Shown here: in pieces, positions 20,072 to 30,580 of the stretch
How the letters are laid out: each line of letters begins with the position of its first letter
Position numbering within the stretch: the first letter of the stretch is position 1
Program-made: the position numbers and the translations under genes
From: a virus
Virus record (IMG/VR): IMGVR_UViG_3300047319_000185
Coordinates: 32,001-96,000 of that record
Reading direction: 5' to 3' (one strand)
Length of the DNA stretch: 64,000 nucleotides
The notes under the pieces: model-generated
Database searches by the model: none
Seen by the model: the letters and a program-made list of their open reading frames with translations, nothing else
What the model was told of the DNA's origin: nothing

Positions 20072-21103
20072 TTAGTTAGTTGATGCAATTACTACGGAAA
20101 TGTCTGTGATTAATCCCAATCCCCATATAGCATACCAAGCAAGTGCGTGCTCTCTTCCAAAATCTAGGATACCGCCATCGCGCAATTCAACAGGTAGAGA
20201 AATAGCGTGTCCGAATGCATTGTCTCCAATGAAGATGGAATCATAACGGTTAGTTGCACCATTACCAGTTGTTACACCATTAGTTGTGGTATCAGTTGTC
20301 CAACCTGCTCCAGCTCCACCTACAACATTACGAACCTGAGTAGTCTCGATAAACACTACGTCGTTGAGTCTACCTATCTCACCTAACATGAAATTACCTG
20401 GGGCAGCATACTTAGTCATTTCAATAAACTGTGGGTCATTTCTTAGCCAACGTGACTGGTGTGGGTGTACGAAACATACATATGTCTCACCAAGTCTTGG
20501 AACATTCTTTGTAGCCAAAGTTTCTACAGCGTCGAATACAACCTGGGAAGTAAGGTTGAAGTCACCAGTCATAGATACATTGGATGTTCCAGGAGTTCCT
20601 ACATTGTAGAATACCTGGTTGTTGATTGCGCCAGAATCCTTCTGGTATCCGAATAGCTGAGAGGATGCCTGTAGAAGAGTGTTTCTTGCGGAGATGTCTA
20701 GGTAGGTAGCCATGTTACGACCTAGTAGACGAGAAGCAGAAGCCATAACATCATCGAAGGATGCGTTAAGTAGAAGCTCGGAAACAGCAACAGCGAATCC
20801 CTGTTCTGCAACAGTAATAGAGAACTGAGAAGCTGTTAGTGGAGCAGTCTGCATACGAATACCTTCAACAAGCTGGGAAGCCTGTCCAAGGTTGTTGTAT
20901 CTCATGAAATTAATTGTAAGACCAGGTGTAACACCTAGCTCTGTCTTCTTTACTGCGAATTGCTCGAAACGCAGAATAGGCATTGCCTGGAATAGAATTT
21001 CTTTTGACCAGATGGTCTGAATTGCTGGGGAAAGAGCAGAGCTACTTCCATAGGAGGTTGGGGCTCCGGAAATATTCGGTGTGCCCGTAATTGCTGAGGC
21101 CAT
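20072..21103 (-). CDS. Major capsid protein, N4-gp56 family
   Basis: PILRFEQFA...G.TI.F.RY..L...L.EG; VHP.Q...L; GEIG...V.FIET; DFGR. Confidence 0.95.
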   Translation of the reverse strand: MASAITGTPNISGAPTSYGSSSALSPAIQTIWSKEILFQAMPILRFEQFAVKKTELGVTPGLTINFMRYNNLGQASQLVEGIRMQTAPLTASQFSITVAEQGFAVAVSELLLNASFDDVMASASRLLGRNMATYLDISARNTLLQASSQLFGYQKDSGAINNQVFYNVGTPGTSNVSMTGDFNLTSQVVFDAVETLATKNVPRLGETYVCFVHPHQSRWLRNDPQFIEMTKYAAPGNFMLGEIGRLNDVVFIETTQVRNVVGGAGAGWTTDTTTNGVTTGNGATNRYDSIFIGDNAFGHAISLPVELRDGGILDFGREHALAWYAIWGLGLITDISVVIASTN

Positions 21104-21160
21104 ATTTAGTCCTTATCGATTATATGGGTTCGGGCACTAGCCGTACCCAGTGTATTTAAC

Positions 21161-21973
21161 TTATCCAAAGAGGCCACGGTTAAGAGATGCATCCTTACCG
21201 GCCAGTCCAGATTCTTGACGGAACTTTGCATACTCAGCCATAGACATGTTGTTTATATCCTGTGGTGTGTACGTCTTTGATCCCATAGATCCTTCAATTG
21301 GACCTAGTGGAGGATAACCTGTAGTAGATACACCTCTTGGTTGTGCTACCTGCTGTTGTCTTGCCGCAGCCACTTCATCAACAATGGACTGAGTAGCAGC
21401 CTTTGCTTGTGCTATAGCGTTGTCAATCTGTTCCTTAGTCTCACCGGTAATGAAGTTATGGAACTGCGGAGCAATGTCTTCAGCATTTGCAGTAATAGCA
21501 GATGTTCTATAGTCTACAAGTTCATTATATGCTCTTTCCTTGGCAAGAAGTGCACGCTCATTGTCACGCTCTTGTTGGAGTGTGCTAAAGCGATTCTCCC
21601 AAGTATCATTAGTCTCCTTCAGCTTGGCTTCAAGAAGCTGCTTTGCAGACATCTCTTCTTCCTTCTTAGCCTGAAGTGCTGAGTCCTTTTCCTGCTGCTT
21701 ACGCGCGACTTCTGCAAGTTCCTGCGCTCTCTGCTCCTCAATGGTCTTAAGGGACTTCTGAGCTTCTGCCCACTGGTCCTTCAAAGACTTGATATCAGAG
21801 TAGAGCTTGTCCTTCTCTTCCTGTCTTACTCTTGCTAGGTCTGCTTCAGTGAATGTACGTTCACCTGTAGCTCCGTGTGCAAAAGAAGATGGGGAAGGGT
21901 TTGGACTCTGCGCACCATTATCGCTTGGAGACTCAATTGTTGCCGCCAAACCTGGCTGTACTGGAACTGTCAT
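21161..21973 (-). CDS. Capsid scaffolding protein
   Basis: Coiled coil, FTE.DL..VR..EKDKLY, C-terminal MSM.EY..R; between portal and capsid. Confidence 0.88.
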   Translation of the reverse strand: MTVPVQPGLAATIESPSDNGAQSPNPSPSSFAHGATGERTFTEADLARVRQEEKDKLYSDIKSLKDQWAEAQKSLKTIEEQRAQELAEVARKQQEKDSALQAKKEEEMSAKQLLEAKLKETNDTWENRFSTLQQERDNERALLAKERAYNELVDYRTSAITANAEDIAPQFHNFITGETKEQIDNAIAQAKAATQSIVDEVAAARQQQVAQPRGVSTTGYPPLGPIEGSMGSKTYTPQDINNMSMAEYAKFRQESGLAGKDASLNRGLFG

Positions 21974-22042
21974 TTTTCTATCTCCTGAGTTTTAACTAGC
22001 CGTTTTCCGAATATGTCCCGAATTAATGTACTTAACGTTATT

Positions 22043-23761
22043 CTAATTGTCGTCTGTAGGTAGCTGGCGTGAACCTAGCTTAGTACCGTATGCGTTGTTA
22101 ACCATCTCTCTTAGAGCATTCATGGAACCTGCTCCATCCAAAGCCTGTAGATTAGGAGTCTGATCAATCTTATCCGGACCATTATCTGTTGGCTTAGGGT
22201 TTCCTTCTGCATCTGTAGCAGGAACTGCATTAGGATCTGCAACAGACCCGTCTTCAGTTGGTAGAAGACCAGTAGACCCGAGAGCGATAGCATCTATCTG
22301 TGTTCTCAGCATACGTAGTGCACCATCACGAATTGCATCTTCATGTAGCTCATCATAGATTTCCTGAAGCTTGTCATCTGGGAACTGTTCTCCCAATTCC
22401 TTCAGTGCTCCTCTACGACTTTCAAGATCCATGTTCATCATGGCTGCGATCTCATTCAGCTTTACAAGCTTGTCGATTGGAAGTGGTGAAGGCCAATCGA
22501 TATCACTGAAGTAGACCAGTGGATCATTAGGATCAATCATCAATGGCTGACCCTCTTGTATAATCCCCTCTGTATCAGGATTATAAAGTAATGCTTCAGG
22601 CTCAAAAATGAATAGAGTTCTAAGAGCTAACTCATTTATCTTTTGTAGTCCCTTACCATATTGTATCTTCTTTAGGTCAAACTTTTGCATTAGTGGCAAA
22701 AACTGCATTGCAAGAGCTACACCAGAAGTATTTGAAATAGCCTGTGACTGTCCAAGAGCAGACTCTGGAACACCTGTCATCTCATGCATACCAATCTTGA
22801 GGGTATGCAAAACTTCAAGTGGCCACTGTAGATCCACACCATTTTCAAGGTTATGGATATCTACGTCCTTGCTACCAATAGACCAAACACGGTTGGTACC
22901 CTTCTCAAGTTGACTTGGCTTTGCGCCAATAACAACTGTGATAGGAGCTGCATGATAGTTTACGATATCAGCAATGTCAGTAGCAGTTTCATTGTACTGA
23001 CGGTTGAGAGTAATAATGTCCTGTACATCGCTCATTCCCCAAGGGGAACCTGATGCAGGATGATTGGCGATATGCACGATAGGAATAACACCTAGTGCAT
23101 TTGGACGCTCATCAATAAGCTCATCATTTACATACTCACGAATGACATCAGAACGAATCAATTCAGTATAAGTATATACGCTTCTTGTACCTTCTGTGTT
23201 TGTTCCCCAGAAACGGTACTTAAGTTTGAACTCCAGAAGTCTGTCACGGTCGTGTGGATGCCAGGTTGGAAAGCAGTAGGCAGAGTTAAGGGGAAGGATA
23301 CGGACTCTTCCAGGATGGAAGTTACCAGCATCATCAGTCCACTCTGATTCGTAGGCTACCTTCAAAAAACAGTCTCCAGAGACACCGCCCTGTTGACCCA
23401 TCTCCCAGGTAACGGCCTTCATATTATTATCCTGCTGCCAAATTCTCTTCAGCAGAGCGGGAATAATGTGGTCATATTCCTTGATGGTATCAAAGGCGAT
23501 GCCTCTGGAGAAACAGAAGTTATTTATATAGTCAGCGAATGACTTGATGTAATTGAAAGTAAGTTGAGGATCACCGAATTCACGTCTGGTTCCCCAGTGG
23601 TGTCCTAGATACCAAGCCCAGTACTCTGCATATCTATTGAGTCTTGGCCCATGCATTTCAAATTCTTCATCGGAAAGCTCTACTAAACCTAGTGGTGATA
23701 TTGCTATCGCTAGGTCTGATGCTGCTGCTCTCATTGACGGAGAAGCGAAACTCATTGACAT
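22043..23761 (-). CDS. Portal protein (SPP1 gp6-like)
   Basis: N.LG.IPIV, G.SD, SN.SGVAL motifs; 572 aa; synteny. Confidence 0.93.
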   Translation of the reverse strand: MSMSFASPSMRAAASDLAIAISPLGLVELSDEEFEMHGPRLNRYAEYWAWYLGHHWGTRREFGDPQLTFNYIKSFADYINNFCFSRGIAFDTIKEYDHIIPALLKRIWQQDNNMKAVTWEMGQQGGVSGDCFLKVAYESEWTDDAGNFHPGRVRILPLNSAYCFPTWHPHDRDRLLEFKLKYRFWGTNTEGTRSVYTYTELIRSDVIREYVNDELIDERPNALGVIPIVHIANHPASGSPWGMSDVQDIITLNRQYNETATDIADIVNYHAAPITVVIGAKPSQLEKGTNRVWSIGSKDVDIHNLENGVDLQWPLEVLHTLKIGMHEMTGVPESALGQSQAISNTSGVALAMQFLPLMQKFDLKKIQYGKGLQKINELALRTLFIFEPEALLYNPDTEGIIQEGQPLMIDPNDPLVYFSDIDWPSPLPIDKLVKLNEIAAMMNMDLESRRGALKELGEQFPDDKLQEIYDELHEDAIRDGALRMLRTQIDAIALGSTGLLPTEDGSVADPNAVPATDAEGNPKPTDNGPDKIDQTPNLQALDGAGSMNALREMVNNAYGTKLGSRQLPTDDN

Positions 23762-23827
23762 GGGCTATTCTCAATTCTTCGAATTAGTATCTCTTGATCT
23801 ACAGATTACCACATATTACTTAAGAGA

Positions 23828-26068
23828 TTATGCGGTATCAAATCTACCTGCTATTAAAATTGCTCCTTGTGAAGTGTTATTTAGAGAAGTAGCTGCCTTA
23901 GTAGCAGCAATATATCCAAGAAGACAAGCCTGACTTCCAATTAGATCCGGATTGGGTGTAAAAATTTCCTGACCAAATGCAGCAGTAGCCAGCGCTAGGG
24001 AACCGTAATCCACCTGCCCGTACTGAATAACAATCTGAGACCCTGAGACTCCTGTAGGAACTTGCCATATTCTATGTATAGCAGCATGACCATTAGCGCT
24101 TAGTGCAGTAATAGTTCCGGCATTATCATAGTTAGCAACATCAATAGTTGTTCTAGTTGCTGATTGAGATGAAGAGTTCTGAGTCACGTATCTAAAAGTG
24201 GCTACAGTTTCAGCAGGATTGGTTACTAGATTGGGAACAACGGTTCCACCTGTAGCAAAGTTTCGTCCTACAGCTACCTGAGTACCGGCTGCCTTATTAA
24301 TATTTAGGTTAGCCCCATTGAAAGTAATCTGATTACCAGATACTGAGAAAGATCCTAAGTTAATAAATAAGCCAAATAGAGTGTCAGTAGAGTAGTCCAG
24401 AACTATTGGTGCACACATAATATTGTATAAGTTTCCAGTACCTGTAGCAGACCAAGTCACTCCTAGTTGCACATTAGATCTACGCTGGGAACCACTCAAA
24501 GCTGTAGTCTGAGAATGTATAACGCCACTGCTATCTGCATACCAATAGTTAACAACTTGTGGAGTCTGCAAACCACTAAGTGTAATGGTCTGAGCACTTA
24601 TATTAACAAGTGTCACAGCTGGATTAGCCGGATCTGTTGTGTAGTCAGCGATATAACCAACGGCGGCAGTAATATCAAACGCATTAAGAATACCGCCATT
24701 CTGCGTCATTACTCCACCACTTATAGTTCCACTACTAACAGTGACTGGGCGAATACCCCATGCCGCTGCTGATCCGGAAGAGGCTACTATACTCTTGCCA
24801 AAATTAGCTGTGCTAGAAACTGCTACACCAGTTATCTTGGATACGGTTGGATTAGGATATGTACCTGTTAAATCTCCCCCAGCACTTCCTGTTGGAGGAA
24901 GAACAGTAGGCAACTGACCAAATGCCATAGCGTCTGTAGCTAGTGTTGCATTAGCCAGAGATGTAATCTTATGGCTGTTCATAGATACGTTTGCTGCTGG
25001 TGCACTTACCAGATCAAGAGTAGGCATAGCATGGACGTGACCAGCATCAGCTACTTGTCCAACTGCTCCTGCTGCTTGGGTTCCTAAAGGCGCTATATTG
25101 CCCGCTGTGACGTTTACATTGTCTTGGGCAGCAGAACCTAGCCCTAGGGCTGTACGGGCCGCAGATGACGTTGTAGAGGCTGTTCCACCCTGGTTAAGAG
25201 GAAGGGGTGAAGCAAGGTGAGTGCCTACTACAGTAGGAAGCACATTAGTACCTGCTAAGTCTCCAGCAAGTTCAATAGTTCCTGTAGTAGAAGTAGTAGC
25301 CCCAGGAAGATTACTTGGATCAACAGGTATTTCCAAACTTATAGTATTACCTACTTGGCGTAGGCCTAGACCTATATTTACCAGACCAGGAGAAGAAAAC
25401 TGAGTCCAGCTAATAGCAGTGGTTCCTACTGTATACGGTGGAGTTCCTACTACTACCCAGCCTGATCCTTTATTAGCTGTTCCATTGTTGATAAACGCTG
25501 CTGCTGCATTAACTTCAGCAGACTGATCCATATCAGTTGCACGAGTAAGAATATAAGGAATACCAACGGTTCCCAAAGTTGTCAGGGTGTAGATACCATT
25601 ATTGGCTGAGGCCACTTCATTCTTTACCATAACTCGATCGTTAAGAAGAACGGTATAGCCATCAATAACAAGAACGCCAACAGCAGTAGCTGTAAGAGTA
25701 GCTCCTACACCTAGTGTTCCGTTGACATACACATTAGTAGGCAGAGCTGAAAGCGTGCCTACTGCCACAGAATTCTTTACGGAGATACCTGCGGAGATAC
25801 CATCAGCATATCCCTTGGAGGCAGCATCTACTCCACTGATAGGAGAAGGTACGATGATTCGATCAGTAAAAGTCTTGGCTCCCGCAATATTCTGGTTAGT
25901 AGTAAGGTCCACATAGTTCTGGGTAATACTTCCAGTGCCTCCCTGGACAACAGGAAGAGGTGCACTTAGACTTGTGCTTTGTACTAATGGGTTGGGATAA
26001 GCTCCCATAAGGTCCCCACTGGCAGAGCCTGTAGGAGCACCTCCCCCGAAGCTTCCTCTAGATGCCAT
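23828..26068 (-). CDS. Long fibre protein with internal repeats
   Basis: PTGSA.GDL.G.YPNP twice, PLP..QGGT twice, DRV.VKN....NGIY...LTRA.D fibre domain. Confidence 0.75.
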   Translation of the reverse strand: MASRGSFGGGAPTGSASGDLMGAYPNPLVQSTSLSAPLPVVQGGTGSITQNYVDLTTNQNIAGAKTFTDRIIVPSPISGVDAASKGYADGISAGISVKNSVAVGTLSALPTNVYVNGTLGVGATLTATAVGVLVIDGYTVLLNDRVMVKNEVASANNGIYTLTTLGTVGIPYILTRATDMDQSAEVNAAAAFINNGTANKGSGWVVVGTPPYTVGTTAISWTQFSSPGLVNIGLGLRQVGNTISLEIPVDPSNLPGATTSTTGTIELAGDLAGTNVLPTVVGTHLASPLPLNQGGTASTTSSAARTALGLGSAAQDNVNVTAGNIAPLGTQAAGAVGQVADAGHVHAMPTLDLVSAPAANVSMNSHKITSLANATLATDAMAFGQLPTVLPPTGSAGGDLTGTYPNPTVSKITGVAVSSTANFGKSIVASSGSAAAWGIRPVTVSSGTISGGVMTQNGGILNAFDITAAVGYIADYTTDPANPAVTLVNISAQTITLSGLQTPQVVNYWYADSSGVIHSQTTALSGSQRRSNVQLGVTWSATGTGNLYNIMCAPIVLDYSTDTLFGLFINLGSFSVSGNQITFNGANLNINKAAGTQVAVGRNFATGGTVVPNLVTNPAETVATFRYVTQNSSSQSATRTTIDVANYDNAGTITALSANGHAAIHRIWQVPTGVSGSQIVIQYGQVDYGSLALATAAFGQEIFTPNPDLIGSQACLLGYIAATKAATSLNNTSQGAILIAGRFDTA

Positions 26069-26367
26069 TAGACACCAGCTTGTACAGTGAACGCAGCATT
26101 TGCAGCAGTAATGATCTTTACTACTGTATTGGATGTTGTAGCTATTGCTGGCTCTGGTGGAAGCTTAGGATTTACAGCATCAAGAAAACTCTGTGTAGGT
26201 ACGAAGAAACATTCGTCTCCAGCAATAGTAGGGTCTACTCCGTCAAAACGGACCCACATATCTCCAGAACTTCTGTTAATAACTTCTATGTTGTGATACC
26301 AGTTGGCAAATGTAACTGTTGTTACTGCTGCACCTACTGTAGTACCGCTTGTAATATGAATAGCCAT
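26068..26367 (-). CDS. Small beta-rich virion protein (paralog of 26434-26757)
   Basis: Shared I.VI.R....W.R.DG..P...FTV.A. Confidence 0.55.
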   Translation of the reverse strand: MAIHITSGTTVGAAVTTVTFANWYHNIEVINRSSGDMWVRFDGVDPTIAGDECFFVPTQSFLDAVNPKLPPEPAIATTSNTVVKIITAANAAFTVQAGV

Positions 26368-26433
26368 TTGGCTCTCCCAGTATTTGAGGGATGGGTGAGG
26401 AGAGTCCGGGTAGTAGTATGGAGATATTACTTA

Positions 26434-26757
26434 TTATGATGCGTATACAGTGAAAGGAATCGCTGTATCTGAGATTAGAAGAACGGATGTTCCGTTGACA
26501 CTTCTGGTAATAGGTTCCTGGGACAGTATTCCATTAGGGAAGGTAACAGCCTGCCCAGGAAGAACAGGATAGTTGTCGTCAGAGTTACTTGGTGTCAGTG
26601 AAGCAAAGACAACTGGAGCTATACCGTCAGTTCTCAACCAGATAGTTCCAGTAGTTCCTCTGTGAATAACAGTGATATTGGCAAAGTACTGAGGAAAATT
26701 GACAGGATAAACCGTGTTAATTGTCAGAGTATCTGAATGTGCTCTACTTGCAGCCAT
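26434..26757 (-). CDS. Small beta-rich virion protein
   Basis: Paralog of the adjacent gene. Confidence 0.55.
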   Translation of the reverse strand: MAASRAHSDTLTINTVYPVNFPQYFANITVIHRGTTGTIWLRTDGIAPVVFASLTPSNSDDNYPVLPGQAVTFPNGILSQEPITRSVNGTSVLLISDTAIPFTVYAS

Positions 26758-26764
26758 TGGTTTC

Positions 26765-26989
26765 CTATCTCATATTTACCACAGAAGTGGTTTGGTCTAC
26801 TGGATACTTTACTTGCACATCACTTCTAGAAGGTAACTCTCCTCCGCTGTACCCAAGTCTGTTTAGTAACTGGTTCCGCTCTTGAATATCGGCAGAGTTC
26901 TGACCGGGAATAGGAGTGAGCATATAGTCACCACGATTCCCGGTCAGTTCTGAGTAAGCGTCGGTACGTCTGTCACGAAATACCGTCAT
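26765..26989 (-). CDS. Hypothetical protein
   Basis: Fills operon gap; RBS present. Confidence 0.55.
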   Translation of the reverse strand: MTVFRDRRTDAYSELTGNRGDYMLTPIPGQNSADIQERNQLLNRLGYSGGELPSRSDVQVKYPVDQTTSVVNMR

Positions 26990-26997
26990 GTTAATCC

Positions 26998-27366
26998 TTA
27001 ACCTAGAACTGGGGAAGTTCCAGCACTTAGCGCTAGAGTAAGAACAACATTTGCAGTTGAAGAAGTAGCAATGACACTGATAGGTGTGCTGGCGGCGCTG
27101 AACACTGGAACAGCAGACGGATCAGTAGCAAGAGGAGTTGTAGTTGTCAACTCCGGACGGGCAACACGGTTACGGATGTATGTTGTTGCGCCGATTGGGC
27201 AGGATACAGAATCAACACCTGTGGTTACAGCAGTTCCAGATGTTGATACGAATACAGGCACAGTAGCTGCTGCTGGAACAGTTACAGCAATAAAGGGTGC
27301 CCAGGAAGTAAGCGTTGTAGTAGCTGCGGAAGTTCCAGCAGTTACAATTGTTGAGTAAACAGCCAT
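26998..27366 (-). CDS. Small Ala/Thr/Val-rich virion protein
   Basis: Composition and position. Confidence 0.55.
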   Translation of the reverse strand: MAVYSTIVTAGTSAATTTLTSWAPFIAVTVPAAATVPVFVSTSGTAVTTGVDSVSCPIGATTYIRNRVARPELTTTTPLATDPSAVPVFSAASTPISVIATSSTANVVLTLALSAGTSPVLG

Positions 27367-27385
27367 TAGTTAATCCAATCGATAA

Positions 27386-27661
27386 TTACTTGGTGGCTGT
27401 CTTGTCCACTGCATCAGCAGCAGCATTAACAACCTTGTCAGCTACGTTCACGTCAGAACGTAGAGTGTCAGCAACTGCCTCTACCTTTACAGCAGCGGCA
27501 TGAATATCAGAAGCAACAGCAGTCTTTACAATCTCCTCAACAGGAGCCTGATGAACATGCTCAAGGACAGACTGTAGATGAGTAAGAAGAACGTGTAGAT
27601 CACCCTCCACCTTATTCTTCACATCGACTAGCTTTGCCTCTACGTCAGTAAATACACTCAT
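27386..27661 (-). CDS. Amphipathic helical hypothetical protein
   Basis: ATG 27661 after AAGGA RBS. Confidence 0.55.
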   Translation of the reverse strand: MSVFTDVEAKLVDVKNKVEGDLHVLLTHLQSVLEHVHQAPVEEIVKTAVASDIHAAAVKVEAVADTLRSDVNVADKVVNAAADAVDKTATK

Positions 27662-27672
27662 TTTATTTTCCT

Positions 27673-27879
27673 TTAGTTTCTTGCTACTGCCGCATTTGCG
27701 GAGTAGACAGCGCTTTCTAGGTGTGTGATGGCAAGAGACTTGTCTCTGCCTTCTGGTAACACGCTGTTCAACCATAGTGCATACTCTCTGGCCTTACCAC
27801 GAATCTCTTCGTACAAGGCAGCAGTCTCAGGTGTGGAAGCGTGAAAAGTGAATCGGTTAGTTAGATCGTTGATATCCAT
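27673..27879 (-). CDS. Tad1/Acb2-like helical hairpin protein (putative signalling-nucleotide sponge)
   Basis: RF.FH...P.GRDKSLAITHLE.A...ANAAVAR. Confidence 0.7.
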   Translation of the reverse strand: MDINDLTNRFTFHASTPETAALYEEIRGKAREYALWLNSVLPEGRDKSLAITHLESAVYSANAAVARN

Positions 27880-27901
27880 ATAGTATTCCTTATAAAGTTT
27901 C

Positions 27902-28339
27902 TTAATTTGAGACGATTGCTGAGTGCAATCTTTCGTATCTTCCGCCAGAACGGGTAACCTCTTCAAAGCGGCGAGTAGCATTGGTGTCAACGTTTACTCC
28001 ATGCATGAACTCTCCGGTCATACCAACAGAGTCAATCCAAGCAGCAGAACCTACGTGAGCACGTGCGCGCATTGTCTCAGCGGCAGGCTTCTCGAATACA
28101 TTCATATTGTGGTTAGGGCGACCAGGAGCGGTACGGTAACCCTGCATAGCACCTAGCTGGAAATCACTAGGAACATCGGTATCAGTAGCAATACCTTCCT
28201 CAAAACGCAGCGGTCCACGACGCTCAGGATTAGAAGCACCCTTTGCCTCATAGTTGACTGCCCCACGGTCTCTTTCTGGGAATCTAGGAGCAGGGGCTAG
28301 CTGAACAGCACGTCCTGCTTCCTGGTACATTTCTGCCAT
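27902..28339 (-). CDS. Hypothetical virion-associated protein
   Basis: Strong RBS; between terminase and portal. Confidence 0.55.
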   Translation of the reverse strand: MAEMYQEAGRAVQLAPAPRFPERDRGAVNYEAKGASNPERRGPLRFEEGIATDTDVPSDFQLGAMQGYRTAPGRPNHNMNVFEKPAAETMRARAHVGSAAWIDSVGMTGEFMHGVNVDTNATRRFEEVTRSGGRYERLHSAIVSN

Positions 28340-28391
28340 ATTATTTCCTTAAGTTTATAGACGTCTATTACATATAATACCCTATAATCGG

Positions 28392-29966
28392 CTAACTACG
28401 TCTTCTATCATAGAATACATTGTTGCTGATCTCTATCTCCTCAGAAACAGACTCTGGAATAACGCTCAGGGCAATAGCCAAAGAGTCACAGTAATCATCA
28501 TGAGCGTTGGCTTCCTTAGGTGCTTCAGCCAGCATATAGGGTCCTTCAAACTTCACCTGAAGGTCAGACATCTGCTGAACAAAGTTTCTATATGTACGAA
28601 GACTTCTGGTCTTAGCATGGGCTGGCCAACCGATCTTTCCACGATCTATCATCTCTCGCAGATACTTCCAGCGATCTGACTGTGCAGGACGCATAGAGGA
28701 TACATCGATAATATCTATATGAGGCAATAATACTCTTAATCTGGAAATGAATAGATCACCCATACCACCAGAGTCCACACCGATAGCCCACACATTGTAT
28801 TTGGATACGAATTCCACAATACGATGATACTGTGCTTCCCAGTCCTGTCCCTGTAAGTCAAGCCAGTTCAGTACTCTTGCATTGAAGTATCCGAATTCAT
28901 CACGTCTTTCCCAGTCCACGAAGACAGCAGTAACAATAGTGCTGTCAATCTTTCGTGCAGGATCAATTCCAATAATGACTGGAGTAGTGTAATAAGCCTT
29001 AACAGTCTCCATAGACTTGTCCCCCAGTTCCTCCAATCTCTCGGAGGTGGTGAACATTCCCTGGGAAAGAAGCCACATGAGACGATAGGACAACTTGAAC
29101 TCGTCTGAGTCGTAACCCATACGAAGCATGTCACCGGCTACGTGCTTCTCATACTTACTGTTCCACTTTCCTACTTCTCTGAAGTCTGCTTCAAAATGAT
29201 TCATTCTGGCAGCACGCTTCACACCGTTGCGCTTGTTCATAGAGATTTCTCTATAGAAGACACCCTTCTCATAAGTAGGTGTGCCTGTCATAACAAAGGT
29301 TCCACGAGTAGACGCCAGCATAGGACGAATAGACTTGTCCACAACCTTCTGATCAGCTACCTGCGCCTCATCAAGCAGAGCAATGTGATAAGTCTTTCCT
29401 TCAATAGAAGCTCTTGGGTGAGCAGTCTGGCGACGTACAAGAGAGCCGCACTTCTCTAACTTAATCTCAGCACCACGACCCTTTATCTGTTCTCCCAGAT
29501 CATTGAGAATACCTTGTGCTCTTTCAGAGGTAAGCATGGAGACTATTCGAGAGAACAAGGTCTTGGCCATGTCATCAACTGGTGCGAATGCTCCTACCCA
29601 GACTCCTTCCTTGAAGGAATCCAGCAGGGTGTTGAAAGGGTCTACCTTGGCCAGTCTGGGAAGCATGATCATAAGAGTAGCAATTGTTGCTGATACTGTT
29701 TCCGTCTTACCGCTCTGTCTACTGAATAGAGCAGTGATAGTAGCTCCATCATTGATAATTACTGATTCCATGAGGCGCGCAGCAAAAGGTCTTTGATAGC
29801 CATATAGCGGGTGCCCGGATAGTTGATCAGCAAACACCATAAGACGTTCTACTACTGCATCCACAAATGCTTGGGATTGAGGGTCCAGCTCTATCTTGGT
29901 AGCTTCTAGCGCTTCTCGTTCTTCTTTACTCAGTTCATCCAAGTACTCTTCTTGCAGAATAGTCAT
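28392..29966 (-). CDS. terL: Terminase large subunit
   Basis: Walker A SRQSGKT, Walker B LLDEAQ, TGTP, GID, HDD.CDS. Confidence 0.96.
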   Translation of the reverse strand: MTILQEEYLDELSKEEREALEATKIELDPQSQAFVDAVVERLMVFADQLSGHPLYGYQRPFAARLMESVIINDGATITALFSRQSGKTETVSATIATLMIMLPRLAKVDPFNTLLDSFKEGVWVGAFAPVDDMAKTLFSRIVSMLTSERAQGILNDLGEQIKGRGAEIKLEKCGSLVRRQTAHPRASIEGKTYHIALLDEAQVADQKVVDKSIRPMLASTRGTFVMTGTPTYEKGVFYREISMNKRNGVKRAARMNHFEADFREVGKWNSKYEKHVAGDMLRMGYDSDEFKLSYRLMWLLSQGMFTTSERLEELGDKSMETVKAYYTTPVIIGIDPARKIDSTIVTAVFVDWERRDEFGYFNARVLNWLDLQGQDWEAQYHRIVEFVSKYNVWAIGVDSGGMGDLFISRLRVLLPHIDIIDVSSMRPAQSDRWKYLREMIDRGKIGWPAHAKTRSLRTYRNFVQQMSDLQVKFEGPYMLAEAPKEANAHDDYCDSLAIALSVIPESVSEEIEISNNVFYDRRRS

Positions 29967-30009
29967 ATAGTTCTCCTGATTAGTTTCTCGTAATTACATT
30001 TTACCTGAG

Positions 30010-30039
30010 TTGACAAACCAAGAGGTACGGATGTAGAGT
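30010..30039 (+). promoter_or_regulatory. HrdB/sigma70-type promoter
   Basis: TTGACA-N18-TAGAGT upstream of the inverted membrane-protein gene. Confidence 0.7.
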
Positions 30040-30069
30040 TTGAGTACCACACCAACTAAGGAGATACTG

Positions 30070-30327
30070 ATGGAAGATCCGAACGTGTTTGACCAGATGA
30101 GTCATCACGGAAGCCACTTTGAAGAGTTTGTCCGTCCAGCCGTCGCGGCAGGTGTAGGATACTGGATTGGACACAAGCTCTCTCAGACACGTCTTGGCCA
30201 GAGGTTTGAGAACAGTACCTTTGTAGGATATGTTCTTTCTCTGGCACTGATCGGAATCGGTGGATATGTTCTGTACTGTGCTGGTGTGTTTGTATGGATG
30301 CTTCTTAAGATTCTTGTTGCGGGTTAA
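30070..30327 (+). CDS. Small membrane protein in inverted orientation
   Basis: Own promoter, AAGGAG RBS, hydrophobic C-terminus. Confidence 0.65.
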   Translation: MEDPNVFDQMSHHGSHFEEFVRPAVAAGVGYWIGHKLSQTRLGQRFENSTFVGYVLSLALIGIGGYVLYCAGVFVWMLLKILVAG

Positions 30328-30580
30328 TTCTCTCTTCCAGTGCTTGCATAGCAGCAAGAAGAGATACTGCTCCAAGACGGATATCTTCAATGTAGATATG
30401 AGCCTGATCCTTGCTTGTTGAGGACAGGCTCTTTCTCATTTCCGAAACATCCCTGCCAATACCTGTATGGATATTGTCTATCCAGCGAATGAGTTCCTGG
30501 TCTCCAGTATTTCTCAGCCTGTTGAGTACTCTCCCACGTACCTTTGGGTCAGGCTGCTTTACCCTTCTGAATAATGTCAT
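30305..30580 (-). CDS. Hypothetical protein
   Basis: Coupled start/stop with upstream gene. Confidence 0.6.
   Translation of the reverse strand: MTLFRRVKQPDPKVRGRVLNRLRNTGDQELIRWIDNIHTGIGRDVSEMRKSLSSTSKDQAHIYIEDIRLGAVSLLAAMQALEERINPQQES

Noticed and set aside
28392-29966. Intein or intron in terminase, portal or capsid
   Set aside because: Sizes are normal, reading frames are continuous, and no splicing motifs were seen.
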